64,000 bases of DNA from Azolla caroliniana. Taxonomy: Eukaryota; Plantae; Polypodiophyta. The notes beneath the pieces are model-generated. The model saw only the letters and a program-made list of their open reading frames with translations. It was not told the DNA's origin and did no database searches. The DNA is taken from NCBI GenBank assembly GCA_043228905.1, contig JBHGNT010000014.1, forward strand, positions 2,418,001 through 2,482,000, written 5' to 3'. Positions within the stretch are counted from its first letter, which is position 1, and the number at the start of each line of letters is the position of its first letter. Below are positions 48,472-62,703 of the stretch, one piece after another. The position numbers were made by a program, and so were the translations under genes.

Positions 48472-49219
48472 TGAATCCATATCATGAGAAATGAAGTCCT
48501 ATACATTCGAATTTGACTCCAAGAGTTTGAGTTTAAATTTACATTAAACAACGACTGCATATCAAAAGTAATCACAACTTGATGACGAAGCCTTTAGAAC
48601 TTGGTACATTCAACCTAAATTGAATGAATTGGTTCACTAACATATTGTTATTTTAGCCCAACCGGACTATGATATGTACAAAACACACAATAATGTTGGA
48701 ATGGTCAATGTTTCTGGAGGTTCTGTAGTCTAGTGGTTAGGACATTGGACTTTGAATCCAAGAGGTTGAGTTTGAAATGAAGTCCTATAGATTGGAATTT
48801 GACTCCAAGAGCTTGAGTTCGAATGTGCAGAAAACCTCAACTGCCTATAAAAAGTAATGAGCTATAATGATGAAGATATTAGAACTTAGTACTTTCAACC
48901 TATGAACGTGAATGCATTGGATTTTGAAAGAAGAAATGTAGAATTCATGCTCTTCCTCCATCTCGCATTGGATTTTGAAAGAAGAAATGTAGAATTCATG
49001 CTCTTCCTCCATCTATATAGCGCTTTATATGTCCAACACTTATCTAACTAGGAATAAACTTAATCTTGTGAGTAAAGTTTTAATCAAATCATGTTGCACA
49101 TCCCTTTGAGATTCCATCGGCAACTACATTTATATATCACTAACATATTGTTTAAAACCCAAGCGGAGTATGATATGTACAAAACAAACAATAATGTTGC
49201 CATGGTTAACGTTTATGGA

Positions 49220-49291
49220 GGTTCTATAGTCTAGTGGTTAGGACATTGGACTTTGAATCCAAGAGCTTGAGTTCGAATCTCAATAGAACCT
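49220..49291 (+). tRNA. trnQ-UUG: tRNA-Gln(TTG)-like, Watson-Crick acceptor stem
   Basis: Identical to the copy at 47558. Confidence 0.75.
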
Positions 49292-50911
49292 CGAATCCAT
49301 ATCATGAGAAATGAAATGCTATACATTAGAAATGGACTCCAAGATTTTGAGTTTGAATTTACATAAAACAACGACTACATAACAAAAGTAATCAGCCTTA
49401 ATGATGAATCCTTTAGAACTTTCTACATTCAACCTAAGAAGTTGAATGAATTGGATTTTGAGACAAGAGTTTGACAATTCGTGGTCTTTCACTAGCTATA
49501 TAGCACATTACATATTGTTATTTTAAGGCAATCAGACTTTGATATATACAAGACACAAACAAATGCTGGAATGGTCAACGTTTATGAACATTCTATACTC
49601 TAGTGGTTAGGACATTGGACTTTGAATCCAAGAGCTCAAGAGAACGAATCTCAATAGGACCGCGAATGGATGTCATGAGAAATGAAATTCTATACATTGG
49701 AAATTAACTCCAAGAGCTTGAGTGCTAATGTGCATAAAGCATAAAACCTCGACTGCATATCAAAAGTAAAGAGTTTTAATGATGAAGATATTAGAACCTA
49801 GTACTTTTAACCTAAGAACATGAAGGCATTGGATTTTGAAAGAAGAGATTGAGAATTCATGCTCTTCCTCCAACTACATACCGCGTTCTATGTCCAACAC
49901 TTACATACCTAGGACTAAACTTAATCTTGTGAGTAAAGTTTTAATCAAATCATGTTGCATATCCCTTTGAAATTCCATCCGCGACGACATTTATATATCA
50001 CTAACATATTGTTATTTAACCCAATCGAATTGTGATATGTGCAAAACACACAATAATGCTGGATGATCAACAATTATGGAGGTTCTAGAGTCTAGTGGTT
50101 AGGACATTGGACTTTGAATCCAAGAGCTTGAGTTCGAATCTCAATAGTACCTTTAATCAATATCATGAGAAATGAAGTCCTATACATTAGAATTTCACTC
50201 CAAGAGTTTGACTTTGAATTTACATAAAACAACGACTGCATATCAAAAGTAATCACAACTTGATGACGAAGCCTTTAGAACTTGGTACATTCAACCTAAA
50301 TTGAATGAATTGGATTTTTAGAGAAGAGTTTGAGAATTCGTGGTCTTTCGCTCGCTATATAGCACATTATGCGGCCAACACTTGCGTAATTTTGAACAAA
50401 TTTCGTGTTGTGAGCATAGTTTTAATCATGTTGCACATCCATTTGAGACTATATTTATATATCACTAACATATTGTTGTTTTAAGCCAATCGTATTTTGA
50501 TATATACAAGACACACAATAATGCTGGAATGATGAACCTTTATGGAGGTTCTATAGTCTAGTGGTTAGGACATTGGACTTTGAATCCTAGAGGTTGAGTT
50601 CGAATGTCAATAGGAGCTCGAATGCATATCATGAGAAATGAAGTCCTATAGATTCGAATTTGACTCCAAAAGCTTGAGTTCGAATGTGCATACAACCTCA
50701 CTGCCAATCAAAAGTAATCAGTTTTAGTGATGAAGAGTTTAGATCTTAGTAGTTTTAAAAGTAATCAGAACTTGATGACAAAGCCTTTAGAACTTGGTAC
50801 TCTCAACCTAAATTGAATGAATTGGTTCACTAACATATTGTTATTTTAACCCAACCGAACTATGATATGTACAAAACACACAATAATCCTGGAATCATCA
50901 ACGTTTATGGA

Positions 50912-50983
50912 GGTTCTATAGTCTAGTGGTTAGGACATTGGACTTTGAATCCAAGAGCTTGAGTTCGAATCTCAATGGGACCT
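50912..50983 (+). tRNA. trnQ-UUG: tRNA-Gln(TTG)-like
   Basis: Full cloverleaf; acceptor GGTTCTA/TGGGACC. Confidence 0.65.
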
Positions 50984-53900
50984 CGAATCCACATCATGAG
51001 AAATGAAGTCCTATACATTAGAATTTCACTCCAAGATTTTTAGTTTGAATTTACATATAACAACGATTGCATATCAAAAGTAATCAGAACTTGATGACGA
51101 AGCCTTTAGAACTTGGTACATTCAACCTAAATTGAATGAATTGGATTTTGAGAGAAGAGTTTGACAATTCGTGGTCCTTCGGTTGCTATATAGCACATTC
51201 TGCGACCAACACTTGCCTAATTTTGAATAAATTTCGTGTTGTGAGCATAGTTTTAATCAAATCATGTTGCACATCCATTTGAGATTCCCTTTGAGACTAC
51301 ATTTATATATCACTAACATACTGTTGTTTTAAGCCAATCGAATTTTGATATATACAAGATACACAATAATGTTGGAATGATCAACGTTTATGGAGGTTCT
51401 ATAGTCTAGTGGTTAGGACATTGGACTTTGAATACGAGAGGTTGAGTTCAAATCTCAATAGGACCTCGAATGCATATCATGAGAAATGAAGTCCTATAGA
51501 TTGGAATTTGACTCCAAGAGCTTGGGCTCAAATGTACATAAACCTTGACTGCATATTAAAAGTAACGAGGTTTAATAATGAAAATTTTAAAACTCGGTAC
51601 TTTTAACCTATGAACTTGAATGCATTGGATTTTGAAAGAAGAGTTTTAGAATTTGTTGTCTTTCCCCGACGACATAGCACTTTATCCGTTCAACACTTAC
51701 CTTACTTAAAATAAACTTCGTCTTGTGACTAAACTTTTAATTAGATAACGTTACACATCACTTTTGAGATGCCATTGGAGGTTACATTTATATATCACTA
51801 ACATATTGTTATTTTAAACCAACCGGACTATGATATGTACAAGACACACAATAGTGCTGGAATGGTCAACATTTATGGAGGTTTTGTAGTCTAGTGGTTA
51901 GGACATTGGACTTTGAATACAAGAGCTTGAGTTCAAATCTTAATAGGACCTCGAATGCATATCATGAGAAATGAAGCCCTATAGATTGCAATTTGACACC
52001 AAAAGCTTGGATTTTGAAAGAAGAGATTAAGAATTCATGCTCTTCCTCCAACTACATATCGCGTTGTATGTCCAACACTTACAATCCTAGGAATAAACTT
52101 AACCTTGTGACTAAAGTTTTAATCAAATCATGTTGCACATCCATTTGAAATTCCCTTTGAGACAACATTTATTTATCACTAACATATTGTTGTTTTAAGC
52201 CAATCGTATTATGATATATACAAGAGACTCAATAATGTTGGCATGGTAAACATTTATGGAGGTTCTGTAGTCTAGTGGTTAGGACATTGGACTTTGAATC
52301 TAAGAGCTTGAGTTCAAATCTCAATATGACCTAAATTGAATGAATTGGATTTTGAGAGAAGAGTTTGACAATTCGTGGTCTTTCATTGGCTATATAGCAC
52401 ATTATCCGGCCAACACTTGCCTAATTTGGAATAAATTTCATGTTGTGAGTATAGTTTTAATCAAATCATGTTGCACATCCATTTGAGATTCCCTTTGAGA
52501 CTGCATTTATATATCAATAACATATTGTTTAAAACCCAAGCGGAGTATGATATTCCAAGAGCTTGAGTTCGAATCTCAATGGGACCTCGAATCCACATCA
52601 TGAGAAATGAAGTCCTATACATTAGAATTTCACTCCAAGATTTTTAGTTTGAATTTACATATAACAACGATTGCATATCAAAAGTAATCAGAACTTGATG
52701 ACGAAGCCTTTAGAACTTGGTACATTCAACCTAAATTGAATGAATTGGATTTTGAGAGAAGAGTTTGACAATTCGTGGTCCTTCGGTTGCTATATAGCAC
52801 ATTCTGCGACCAACACTTGCCTAATTTTGAATAAATTTCGTGTTGTGAGCATAGTTTTAATCAAATCATGTTGCACATCCATTTGAGATTCCCTTTGAGA
52901 CTGCATTTATATATCAATAACATATTGTTGTTTTAAGCCAATCGTATTTTGATATATGCAAGACACATAATAATGTTGGCATGGTTAACGTTTATGGAGG
53001 TTCTATAGTCTAGTGGTTAGGACATTGGACTTTGAATCCTAGAGCTTTAGTTTGAATCTGAAGAGGACCTCGAATGCATATCATGAGAAATTAGACATTC
53101 TATACATTGGAAATTGACTCCAAGAGCTTGAGCTCAAATGTACAGAAACCTCAACTGCATATCAAAAGTAATGTGGTTTAATAATTAAAATTTTAGAACT
53201 CGGTACTTTGAACCTATGAACTTGAATGAATTGGATTTTGAAAGAAGAGTTTCAGAATTTGTTGTCTTTCCTCGACAACATAACACTTTATCCAGTCAAC
53301 ACTTACCTTACTTGAAATAAACTTCGTCTTGTGACGAAACTTTTAATTAAATAATCTTACACATCACTTTTAAGATGCCTTTGGAGGTTACATTTATATA
53401 TCACTAACATATTGTTATTTTAAACCAATCGGACTATGATATGTACAAAACACACAATATTGTTGGAATGATCAACATTTATGGAGGTTGTTTAGTCTAG
53501 TGGTTAGGACATTGGACTTTGAATCCAAGAGCTTGAGTTCGAATCTCAATAGGACCTCGAATCCACATCATGAGAAATGAAGTCCTATACATTAGAGTTT
53601 GACTCCAAGAGTTTGAGTTTGAATTTACATAAAACAAGGACTCCATATAAAAAGTAATCAGAACTTGATGACGAAGCTTTTAACTTGGTACATTAAACCT
53701 AAATTAAATGAATTGGATTTTGAGAGAAGAGTTTGACAATTCGTGGTCTTCTATTGGCTATATAGCACATTATTTGGCCAACACTTGCCTAATTTGGAAT
53801 AAATTTCGTGTTGTGAGTATAGTTTTAATCAAATCATGTTGCACATCCATTTGAGATTCCCTTTGAGACTACATTTATATATAAAAAAGGATGAGTTTGA

Positions 53901-55302
53901 ATCTAAATAGGACCTCGAATGCATATCATGAGAAAGGAACTTTTATACATTGCAAATTGACTCCAAGTGCTTGAGTTCAAATGTACCTAAACCTCGACTA
54001 CATATCAAAAGTAATGAGCTTTAATCATGAAAATTTTAGAACTCAATACTTTAAACATATGAACTTGAATGCATTGGATTTTGAAACAAGAATTTCAGAA
54101 ATTATTGTCTTCCTACGGCGACATAGCGCGTCATCCATCCAACACTTACCTTACTTGGAATAAACTTCGTCTTGTTAGTAAGCTTTTAATTATTTCACGT
54201 CACACATCACTTTTGAGATGCCATTGGAGGTTACATTTATATATCACTAACATATTGTTATTTTAAGCCAATCGGACTATGATATGTACAAAACACACAA
54301 TAGTACTAGAATGGTCAACATTTATGGAGTTTGTGTATTCTAGTGGTTAGGACATTGGACTTTGAATCCAAGAGCTTGAGTTCGAATCACAATAGGACCT
54401 CGACTTTGAATCCAAGAGGTTGAGTTTGAAATGAAGTCCTATAGATTGGAATTTGACTCCAAGAGCTTGAGTTCGAATGTGCAGAAAACCTCAACTGCCT
54501 ATAAAAAGTAATGAGCTATAATGATGAAGATTTTAGAACTTAGTAATTTCAACCTATGAATTGAAGGCATTGGATTTTGAAAGAAGAGATTGAGAATTCA
54601 TGCTCTTCCTCTAGCTACATAGCGCTTTATATGTCCAACACTTATCTATCTAGGAATAAACTCTATCTTGTGAGTAAAGTTTTAATCAAATCATGTTGCA
54701 CATTCCTTTGAGATTCAATCTGAGACTACATTTATATATTACTAACATATTGTTATTTTAACCCAACCGGAGTATAATATTTTTAAAATACACAATAATT
54801 CTGGAATGCTCCACATAAATGGAGGTTTTATAGTCTAGTGGTTAGGACATTGGATTTTGAATCCAAGAGCTTGAGTTCGAATCTCAATAGGACCTCAAAT
54901 CCATATTATGAGAAAGGAAGTCCTATACATTAGAATTTGACTCCAAGAGTTTGAGTTTGAATTTACATAAAACAACAACTACATATCAAAATTAATCATC
55001 CTACATATGAAAAGTAATCAGCCTTAATGATGAAGCCTGTAGAATGAATTGGATTTTGAGAGAAGAGTTTGACAATTCGTGGTCTTTTGCTAGCTAGATA
55101 GCACATTATCCGGCCAACACTTGCCTAATTTGGAATAAATTTCTTCTTGTGAGTATAGTTTTAATCAAATCATGTTGCAGATCCATTTGAAATTCCCTTT
55201 GAGACTACATTTATATATCACTAACATATTGTTATTTTAAGCCAATCGTATTTTGATATATACAAGACACACAATAATGCTGGATTGGTTAACATTTATG
55301 GA

Positions 55303-55374
55303 GGTTCTATAGTCTAGTGGTTAGGATATTGGACTTTGAATCCAAGAGCTTGAGTTCGAATCTCAATAGGACCT
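55303..55374 (+). tRNA. trnQ-UUG: tRNA-Gln(TTG)-like, last unit of the array
   Basis: Full cloverleaf with a C25T change (G-U pair in the D-stem). Confidence 0.6.
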
Positions 55375-55629
55375 CGAATGCATATCTTGAGAAATGAAGT
55401 CCTATACATTGGAATATTACTCCAAGGGCTCGTGTTCGAAGTAGCTTAGTGGTTAAGGCTTGTAAATATATACAGAGAGGTGTAGAGTTTGAGTCTCTCT
55501 TTTGTGATTACAAAATCAAGGACTATTTTGCTCCCCTTCTATTTTTGTGATAAAGGGAAATAAACAAAAAAGCATGTAATGATAATATAGGTGCCTCTCT
55601 CCTCTATAGGAGGGGAGGAATAGGGCTTA

Positions 55630-58600
55630 TGTAAAAACGAAGGTGCGGAAGCTTTAGAGAACCGGCTTAGCCCGATAGCATCAGCTCCTATTCTAGCTCA
55701 TGTTGATCCGAAAAAACCTTTCACCATTGAGGCAGAAGTGTCAGATTTCGTCCTTGATAGCCTTCTATCACAACAAGGCAATGATGAAAAACTACATCTT
55801 GTGGCTTTCCACTCGCATAAGTTTGATGCTGTTGAAATCAATTACAAGATACATGACAAGGAGCTATTAGCAATAGTGGACTCTTTTGCATAATGGAGAC
55901 ATTTTGTAGAGAGATCTTCTCATCAAGTCACCGTATTCAGTGATCACAAAAATCTTGCCTACTTCTAGAATGCTTGTGTATTAAATCGACGACAAGTTTG
56001 GTGGGCCCAATTTCTCACTCGTTTCAACTTCAAAATTACATATCGTCCTAGGAAGCATCAAGAGAAGGCAAATGCATTATCACGGCGCTCATATCTAGCA
56101 CCTTGTCCTGATGATCCAACATTTGATAATAAAAAACAAGTAATCTTGGGACCAACACGATTGCAAGCAACATGGGTTTTTGACACTCCATTGGATTCCC
56201 GCATTATCAATACGATACGTGAAGACTTGAAGACAGACACTTTTGCTCAAGCCATTCTAGCACAATTTGATCCCTCTCGGACATCCTCTTCACAGTCCCA
56301 ACAACCAGGTACGGACTATCGACAATTCGAATGTCATGATGGATTACTATTCTTTAAGAAACTCTTGTATGTTCCCAATGGTTCTTGTCGCCTTCGAGTA
56401 GTCCAAAATTTTCATGACACATATACAACTGGACATTTCGGTATTACTAAAACGTTGGATTTAGTGCAACAATCATTTTGGTGGCCTCATATGCGACGAT
56501 TTATCGAAGACTATGTTCGGACATGTGATACATGTTGCAGAGCCAAGATGCCAAGACACCATCCATATGGTTTATTGGAACCATTACCAATTCCAAGCAA
56601 GCCATGGCAGTCCATTTCTCTAGATTCTATCACAGATCTTCCAGTTTCAAAGGGATTTGATGCGATATTAACAGTAGTAGATCAATGTGAAAAGAATAGC
56701 ATGCGGAAGCAATAGAAAATCGAACACAGAAACGCAGGTTTAATGGAGAGCTTGAATATACAAAGTATGCGGGAGAGACAAACAAACAAAGAGAATGCAC
56801 ACAAAGACTCAATTCAAAAATAGTACACAGTCTGTACATAGGATGTGCTCAATGAGCACTTTTATACAGGTCCATACGGACTGACAGAAGTACTGACACG
56901 TACTTCAATGCTCATAAGTGAGCTCTACACTAACTCCCAAAAATATATTCCTATGCGGAATATCTTTCCAACGGCCTCGCAGTTTACGCACCGCTACGGC
57001 TTCTTGTTGCGCACCGGTTTATGCACCCGGTTTACGCATCGATCCCAACCGATCCGGTTCTCTGCTTGCACAGCAGATCCGGCCAATGTTGATCTTGTAT
57101 CTCAACACTCCCCCACAAGCTCAACTTGAGGTTCCATTCGCTCTTCCAGATCTACGCTCCGATTCCTTTTGGCTCCACTCTTGCTCGCGCTCCTCGACCT
57201 GTTCGATTTCGCGTGCCTCGAACCTTCCGGTCGGCTTGCGTGCTCATGTGGCCCTTCTCAGCTCCTTTGTTGTCGCGGTGTTGGCGCTTCTTCCGCTGCC
57301 TTCTCTTCCGCTTGGCACTCAGTTGATTCGGCGTATCCGAATCAAACATCCGAACCGACTCAGCTTCCTCCAATCGGTTTTCGCCTTCGTCTGAGTTGTC
57401 TATCTCCAACTCATCTTCGGTCTTCTCACCCTTGATGGCTTCGTCTCCCCCGCGCTTGGTTGGCTTTGGCTCTTTCTTTCGACTTCTCCCCTTATGTTCG
57501 CTTTCGGAATCTTCGGCGGATCCGCCCTCGGCTTCTTCAGCCGATCCGAAATCGAATTCGTTATCTGACTCGGCGTCGTGGTCTTCCGGAACTTCTCTCC
57601 CCCTTTCGTGGTCATTCGGGACATCTCTCCCCCTCAAGTTCGGCATGTCGAGGTGACACAACCCAAGCGCACCCGAGAATTGCCGCAACTTGTCCAGACC
57701 AAGAGGCTTGGTGAAGATGTCAGCTGTTTGCCGATCCATCGGAACATATCGAATTTCGACTTCACCAGAGAGGACACGCTCACAGACGAAATGGTAGTGC
57801 ACCTCAATGTGCTTAGTCCAGGCGTGGAAGACGGGGTTGTTTGCTAGTTGGATGTTGTTGAGATTGTCATAGTAGATTGGCGTTGGATCGGATACCTCCA
57901 CCTGCAGATCCTTAAGTAGTCGCTTCAACCATATGGCTTCGCATGTCGCGATAGCCGTTCCTCTATACTCGGCTTCGGTGCTCGACAGCGGAACTATCGG
58001 CTGTTTCTTGCTACTCCACACGATCGCGGCACTCCCAAGAGAGAACGTGAAACCGGACGTGGATCGGTGATCGGTGACGTTGCCAGCCTAGTCGGCATCG
58101 GTGTAGCTGACCAACTGTGGTGTTGTACTAGTCCGATATAGTAGCCCCTAGTCCTTAGTGCCGCTTACGTACCGCAGTACGTGTTGCGCACACTAAAGGT
58201 GCCCCTCGGTAGGTCGTGCCATGAACTGACTAATCACCCCGACCAGGTAGCTGATATCTGGTCGGGTGATGGTCAAGGATATAAGGCTTCCGACTATCTG
58301 TCGGAACCTCGTTAGGTCGCATACCTTTTTGGAATCGGGGCAAAGCTTGACGGTTCTATCCAGAGGAGTCGAGACGGACTTATAGTCGGCCATCCCAAAT
58401 TTGAAGAGCATACTCAGCACGTAATATCGTTGGCTGATCAGTATGCCTTCGGGGGTTCGGATCACTTCGATCCTGAGTAAGTAATGAAGGTCTCCCAAAT
58501 CCTTCATGTCGAATGATACCGCAAGATGGAGCTTCACGCGGTCAATCTCACCTAGGTCGGCGTCGGTGATGACCAAGTCATCAACATAAACTAAAATACT

Positions 58601-61600
58601 AACCGGCCTGAGTCCACCTTTCCGGATGAACAGTGAGGAGTCTGATTTTGACGTCGCAAAGCCCATCCGACGCAATCGTTGCGTGATCTTCGTGTTCCAG
58701 GCACACGGGGCTTGCTTTAGTCCATAAAGGGACTTCTTCAACCGGCACACCGCTGAGGTGTTCGTTCCGGAGTAAAATCCGGGAGGCTATACCATGTACA
58801 CCTGTTCCTCAAGCTCACCTTGCAGGAAAGTATTCTTTACATCCATCTTATGTAAGTGCCACCCCTTCGCCGCAGCTACTACGAGCAAAACGCGGACGGT
58901 CTTCATCTTCGCGACCGGTGCAAACATCTCATCATAGTCGATGCCACCTACATCCGATCGACTTCACACCTTTCAGTGCATCAACCAGGTCCCAGGTTTC
59001 ATTGTCCGCCAATGTGTGCATCTCTTCCTCCATCGCGGCATGCCAATTCACGTCTTTGCCGCTTCTGCGTAGCTCTCCGGCTCACGCACTTCCGCTACAC
59101 GGGTCATGTACGCATAGTGATGCGCCATGTACTCATTGTATACGAACCGCATAATAGGGTTCTTCTGGCGGGTAGATCGGTGTAATTTCTTATTAGCCGA
59201 TGTTGAGGCTTTCTTGGCCGATGGAGACTTCGCTCTTGAAGACCCGTCATCACTTCCTTCGGAGTCGGACTCGCATCCATCTGACTTGTTCCTATTCGTA
59301 CTATAATCTGACACCTTCTTCTTCCCTTTTTCCTTGCGCGTAAGCCGTCTCCCCGGTTTCCTGCACGGGGAATGCACGGCCGAGTCTCCACTACTTACCG
59401 GCTCTTCTTCGGACTGGTCAAACCGACTCAGTCGTCCATTCGGTCCACTTAACCGAAATGAGATCGGACTCTCTTCGAGGATCCTGATTTCACCCTCATC
59501 CGGAGGCACTTCAGCCTCGCTAACCTCATCGTCAGAACTCGGATTGGAATTGAGGTCTAGAGTCGGAGGCAAATACCAAGACGCGGACTCGTCAAACACA
59601 ACGTCGCGCCTCACGCGAGCTTGTTTGGTTCGAGGGTTATAGCACTTATAACCCTTCTGCTCCTCTGAATAGCTGACCAGGATACACTTCTCGACTTTCA
59701 CGGCTAGCTTCTTTCGCTTTTCCTTTGCTTCATGCACATACGCAATGCTACCGAAAACTCTCAAGTGTCGTAGATTCCGCTTCCTTCCGAAATACTGCTC
59801 ATGCACCGACACTTTGTCTCCGATCCGATTCTGGATGTACACTACGGTTTGTACTGCCTCGGCCCAATAGAACTTGGGCAAGCTCTTTTCTTCCAGCATT
59901 GCCCATGCCCCTTCCACAACCGACCGATTTTTCCTTTCGGCCACACCATTTTGCTCTGGCGTATATCTGCCACTGAATTCACGCCGAATTCCCATCTGTT
60001 GCAGATACCCGTTGAATTGACTAGAAAAGTACTCTTTTCCACCATCCAACTGCATGCACTTGATCTTTCTTCCTGTTTCCCTCTCGATGAAACTCTTGAG
60101 GTCCTGGAAACAGTCGAAGACTTCACTCTTCTTCTCAATGAGGTAGATCCACGTGTGCCGCGTATAGTCGTCGATGAAGGAGACGAAATATCGACTCCCA
60201 CCAAGACTAACATTCTGTGTCGGCCCCCATACATCGGAATGTAACAAATCGAGCTTGTTCTGACTCTGGTTACGCTCGTTAGGGAAAGGAAGTTGGTGTT
60301 GTTTCCCTAGCTGGTAGGCTTCACAAATTTATGCCTTCCGGCCACTAAATTTGGGCAATCCGAACACCACCTGTTTCGATTGCAGGTCCTAAAGCCGTTG
60401 ATAGTTGGTGTGGCCTATCCGCTTGTGCCATAAGTCGATATCCGACTCGACTTTTTGTCCTTTCGCGAGCATTGCGGTGCCACCGTCACTAGAGTCGAGG
60501 ATAAACATTCTCCCGTCTCTACGCCCTTGCGCAATAACTCGGCCTACTTCCTCGATGAAGCACCTGAGATGCGTGAACCGGACTTGCATCCCCTGGTCGA
60601 CGATCTGCCCGACCGACACCGGATTCTTCGTGATTGTCAGGACGTGTAACACGTTCATGAGTTTCCCTTTCTGCCCGACATGGCTCAAGGGAACTTCACC
60701 GACATTCATGATCAGATGCGGAGTGTCATCTCCGGTTGCGACTACTCCCGGTTGCATCGGTTTCTCAAGGTATGAGAACCACTCCTTGTGGCATGTCATG
60801 TGGTTTGATGTGCCGGAGTCGACGTACCACACCTCGTCCAATTTCGGGGTGGACTCCTTCATCGAGTTTGCTTCGTGTCTCGTCACGAAGGCTGACCCTT
60901 TTTCGGCTTTTCCAGATCCTTCGGCGTAGTGCGATCGTTGCCGATTAGCCTTGTCGGTTTGTCCGGAACCTGATCCGGATCCGGATCCGGTCCTCTCCGA
61001 ATCGGCATGCTTCTTCCAGCACTGACTTCTCCTTATGGCCTTTCTTGCCACAGTACCAGCATTCCGCGGCGGATTTCCCTTGTCAGTTCTCATCGCCTCG
61101 ACTCCCCCTGTTTCCGGAGGGTTTGGAATTGCTGTCGGCATCACTTCGGTGCCTCCTTCCTTGATCCCGTTGGCCGCCTCCATTGCGCACCAACTCGCCT
61201 CATCCGCCACGACCACGGGGCCTATCTCCCTCTGTGTACAGCATCTTGCTATCGGCTTGCATACTCGTCAATTCACCCACGTGGTTCTCCTCTATAAGGA
61301 GCATCAACTGTAGGTCAAAAAACGACAGCGTATTCTCCCATGTGCACACAACAGTTCGGAATGCTCCGAACTTCGACGCCAGTCCCCCGAGACAAATCTA
61401 CACCATTTCCCCTTCCTCGACGTTCACATCGATGGAGGCTAGGGAGTCGCATATATCTTTGATCTTCGAGGTATAATCAGCCACCGACAAATCGTGTTGT
61501 CGCAAGTTGCTCAACTCTTGTCGGAGTTGGAGCTTTCTGACTGTGGTGCTTGCGGCGAAAATCTTTTTTAGATTTCCCCAAGCATCCTTTGGCATTTTTG

Positions 61601-62703
61601 CATCCCGAATGTAGCTTAAAAGCTATTCACCCACACAAGACGTGAAGCAGTAGAGGACTCTACTCGCCGACTGTTCCCACGCTGGGAAATCTCTATGTGT
61701 CGAATCGGGTGTTGTATCATTTGCTCCATCGACATAGCTCCAGTATCCATGCCCGCGTAGGTACTCGTGCATCTTGTATGACCAAGACGCGTAGTTGTTT
61801 TTGTCGAGCTTCTCGGTAGGAAGCGAGCTAGCCATGCCTCTATCCATTTTGTTTTTCCTGTTCTTTACGAATGTTAGGTTTTCTTCTCGAGCTAAGGTCG
61901 GCTGCAGAGGTTCTCAACCCTCGCACTCTAATACCATGTGAAAAGAATAGCGTGCGGAAGCAATAGGAAACCGAACACAGAAACGCAGTTTTAATGGAGA
62001 GCCTGAATATACAAAGTATGCGGGAGAGATAGACAGACAGAGATAATGCACACAAAGACTCAATTCAAAAATAGTACACAATCTGTACATAGGATCTGCT
62101 CAATGAGCACTTTTATACAAGTCCATACGGACTGACAAAAGTACTGACATGTATTCAATGCCCATAAGTGAGCTCTACACTAATTCCCAAAAATATATTC
62201 CTACGTGGAATATCTTTCCAACGGCCTCACGGTTTACGCACCGCTACGGCTTCTCGTTGCGCACCAGTCTGCGCACCGGTTTACGCACCCGGTTTATGCA
62301 CCGGTTCGGCCTAATCGATCGATCCTAACCGATCCGGTTCTTGGCTTGCACAGCCGATCTGGCCAGTGTTGAGCTTGTATCTCAACAATCGATATACTAA
62401 GATGGCACATTTCCTACCTTGTACTAAGGAAATCACTAGTGAAGAAACCATCGAAATTGTCACGGGTGAGGTATTTCGGCGTCATGGCCTCCCAAATAGT
62501 ATCATCAGCGACCGTGGACCTCAATTCGTCTCGAAATTCTAGAAGCATCTCTTCAAAATGCTCAAGGTCACTTGTAACCTCTCCTCCGACTATCACCCTC
62601 AAACAGACGAACAAGCATAACGACGAACAAGCAGAACGAACAAATCAAACGTTGGAACAGTATCTTCAGTGTTTTCTAAGCTATCAACAGGATAATTGGG
62701 CGG
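55630..62703 (+). mobile_element. Gypsy chromovirus-type (Tcn1/Tf2-like) RNase H-integrase fragment, split by a copia insertion
   Basis: VAFHS.K...EINY.IHDKELLAIV, DHKNL, GHFG..KT, PWQSISLD.ITDLP. ILTVVD|YTKMAHFLP rejoins across 56686-62387. Confidence 0.85.
56686..62387 (-). mobile_element. Full-length decayed copia family A element
   Basis: LTRs 56686-57107 and 61937-62387; TSD ATCAA/ATCGA; degenerate PBS-Met 61925-61936. Gag (61847), IN, RT and RNH ORF fragments are homologous to 27358-33290. Confidence 0.92.

Larger units (their letters stand above)
42560..55440 (+). repeat. Tandem array of ~480-bp units, each containing a tRNA-Gln(TTG)-like gene
   Basis: tRNA starts at 42651, 43139, 43620, 44105, 44590, 45073, 45554, 46506, 47076, 47558, 47913, 48400, 48719, 49220, 49589, 50081, 50547, 50912, 51395, 51880, 52261, 52999, 53486, 54329, 54824 and 55303. 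3'-only copies near 52553 and 53890. Confidence 0.95.

Noticed and set aside
45210-54266. Short repeated ORFs in the array (MYINLD...; ...LRFHWRLHLY...)
   Set aside because: They are open only in some units, stops vary between copies, and no domain is recognisable; these are chance ORFs.
42560-55440. CRISPR-like repeat-spacer array
   Set aside because: The spacers are ~400 bp and homologous to each other, the conserved part is a tRNA, there are no cas genes, and the context is eukaryotic.
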